In this document: in pieces, positions 60,802-64,000 of the stretch
Layout of the letters: each line of letters begins with the position of its first letter
How positions within the stretch are numbered: the first letter of the stretch is position 1
NCBI GenBank assembly: GCA_000433315.1
Contig: FR893385.1
Coordinates: 29,667-93,666, forward strand
DNA from: Firmicutes bacterium CAG:345
Lineage (GTDB): Bacteria; Bacillota_I; Bacilli_A; RFN20; CAG-288
DNA length: 64,000 bases
Direction: 5' to 3'
Translations under genes and position numbers: made by a program
The notes under the pieces: generated by a model
What the model was told of the DNA's origin: nothing
What the model saw: only the letters and a program-made list of their open reading frames with translations
The model's database searches: none

Positions 60802-60890
60802 TGGCGGAGCGACAGGGATTTGAACCCTGGCACATGTTACTGTCTACGAGCTTTCCAAGCCCGCCCCTTCAGCCTCTTGGGTATCGCTCC
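60802..60890 (-). tRNA. tRNA-Ser (anticodon GGA), type II
   Basis: Reverse complement folds with acceptor GGAGCGA/TCGCTCC, anticodon loop TTGGAAA, long variable arm, T-loop GGTTCAAATCC, CCA encoded. Confidence 0.75.
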
Positions 60891-60995
60891 ATGAGCCTTT
60901 GGTATTGTAACATGTTGTTTTTAAAAAATAAAGAGATTTTTATAATTTTTTTAAAAAAGACCAAGAATTTTTGTTTCTTGGTCTTAATTTATTTA

Positions 60996-62624
<1,629 letters not shown>

Positions 62625-62635
62625 TTAATTTAATA

Positions 62636-62911
62636 TTATTCAACAACAGCAAGAAGATCATCATTTTTTACTAATAAATATTTCTTATCGCCGTCTTTAT
62701 ATTCAGTTGTTGAATATTCTTTAAAAATAACTTTTTCGCCAACTTTTACTGTAGGAGCAACAATTTTTCCATCAACTTCTTTTCCTGGACCAACAGCAAC
62801 AACCTTAGCAACACTTGGCTTGTCTTTGCTTTCAGGAACAATAAAACCACCGATATTTCTTTCAGCTGGTTCAACTTCTAATAAAACATAATCTTTTAAA
62901 GGTCTAATCAT
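62636..62911 (-). CDS. groS: co-chaperonin GroES
   Basis: 91 aa; MIRPLKDYVLLEV...GGFIVPESKDKP. Confidence 0.95.
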   Translation of the reverse strand: MIRPLKDYVLLEVEPAERNIGGFIVPESKDKPSVAKVVAVGPGKEVDGKIVAPTVKVGEKVIFKEYSTTEYKDGDKKYLLVKNDDLLAVVE

Positions 62912-62964
62912 TTTTTAATCTCCTTTCGGTCTTCTCGACCAACAAATACATTTTAATATATTAA

Positions 62965-62991
62965 TTAGCAAAGTCAATTTAGAAGTGCTAA
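62965..62991. promoter_or_regulatory. degenerate CIRCE-like inverted repeat (HrcA operator) upstream of groES
   Basis: TTAGCAaagtcaatttagaagTGCTAA against the consensus TTAGCACTC-N9-GAGTGCTAA. Confidence 0.45.
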
Positions 62992-63038
62992 CTTTACTTT
63001 ACACTTGTTAGAATGTGTAAAGAAGATTTTAATGCACG

Positions 63039-63066
63039 AAAAAAAGCAGGTTTCCCTGCTTTTAAA
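63039..63066 (-). terminator. rho-independent terminator downstream of rpsD
   Basis: AGCAGGgaaaCCTGCT followed by a T run on the minus strand. Confidence 0.6.
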
Positions 63067-63075
63067 TTCAATTGA

Positions 63076-63684
63076 TTAGAGCTTACGATTGTAGAATTCA
63101 ACAATAGCAGCTTCGTTAATTTCTTGTAAGAATTCGTTTCTTTCAGGAAGTCTAACGAGTTTACCTTCTTTTTTATCCTTATTTAATTCAACATAAGGAA
63201 CTGTGTGAGTGTTGACTTCAAGAGCTTCATTGATGACTTTAAGATTTAAGTCTTTTTCACGAATGCTGATGACTTGACCAACAGAAACTAAATAAGAAGG
63301 AATATCAACTCTCTTGCCATCGACAGTAATATGACCATGAGCAACAAGTTGACGAGCTCCACGACGTGTACGAGCAAATCCTAAACGGAAAACAAGGTTA
63401 TCGAGACGAGTTTCAAGAATTCTCATGAAATTCAAACCAGTGACACCATGTTCTTTCTTTGCCATAATGTATAAACGTTGGAATTGACGTTCGGAAACAC
63501 CATAAGTCATTCTAAGTTTTTGTTTTTCGGCAAGTTGAAGACCGTATTCAGATTTTTTCTTACGGCGATCGTTACCATGAGCACCTGGAGCATAATCACG
63601 TTTAGCGAGTTCGCGTCCAGTTTCAAGAGTAGAATAGCCGAGTCTACGAGAGACTTTCCAAGATGGACCTGTATATCTTGACAT
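63076..63684 (-). CDS. rpsD: 30S ribosomal protein S4
   Basis: [17 protein letters not shown]-terminus, 202 aa. Confidence 0.95.
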   Translation of the reverse strand: MSRYTGPSWKVSRRLGYSTLETGRELAKRDYAPGAHGNDRRKKKSEYGLQLAEKQKLRMTYGVSERQFQRLYIMAKKEHGVTGLNFMRILETRLDNLVFRLGFARTRRGARQLVAHGHITVDGKRVDIPSYLVSVGQVISIREKDLNLKVINEALEVNTHTVPYVELNKDKKEGKLVRLPERNEFLQEINEAAIVEFYNRKL

Positions 63685-63893
63685 GTTTTTATTTCCTTTC
63701 TAGCAAGGCCTTAAATTCCATCACTCCGGGTGAATGACTTCACCATTAATAGCTGGGCTACTTTTCTGTCATTCATTGGACAAGTGAGTACTTAAGTGCT
63801 AACACATGCTTATCTATTGTAAAGTATTTTTATTTAAATGTAAAGTATTTTTTTTAAAAAAGACTGCTTTGTTATTAGCAGTCAATATATTTT

Positions 63894-64000
63894 ATTTCTT
63901 TTCAATTTGTTCAAGAAGTTCAACAGCTCTTTTTAACAAGCCTTTTTCACTTTCAGCTTCTTCTTGAGCTTTCTTCAATGCTTCTTCTTTTTCTTTGGCA
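63894..64000 (-). CDS. C-terminal end of a coiled-coil protein (partial, continues beyond the window)
   Basis: Open minus-strand frame ending ...LLKRAVELLEQIEKK*. Confidence 0.3.

Noticed and set aside
62965-62991. Perfect CIRCE element
   Set aside because: Only the outer 6-7 bp of each arm match the consensus. It is kept as a degenerate CIRCE-like site with low confidence.

Overview
This is a low-GC Firmicutes/Mollicutes-like chromosomal window (about 30% GC, standard genetic code with TGA as stop). The core genes are metK, a complete Rnf complex, a pyruvate formate-lyase locus, ruvX/yqgF, surE, nagBA, a 17-kb minus-strand beta-glucan utilisation operon, groES-groEL and rpsD. Six tRNA genes are present. 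A 6-9 kb AT-rich accessory island sits between tRNA-His (12961) and the Mn-riboswitch/mntP locus (22940). It carries two HEPN-motif proteins and a tightly coupled three-gene operon (XRE-HTH+HEPN-like protein, an unknown protein, a DEDDh exonuclease). I propose this as a candidate undescribed defence module. Other notable points: a PFL naturally split into a catalytic body, a 67-aa ORF and a separate glycyl-radical peptide; a repeated ~250-bp terminator/promoter module at tRNA-linked sites; a T7 homopolymer frameshift separating a surface lipoprotein from a GH16 domain; an RnfG with two FMN-binding domains; paired palindromic operators in the glucan locus; and several decayed genes. No CRISPR arrays or transposases were seen.
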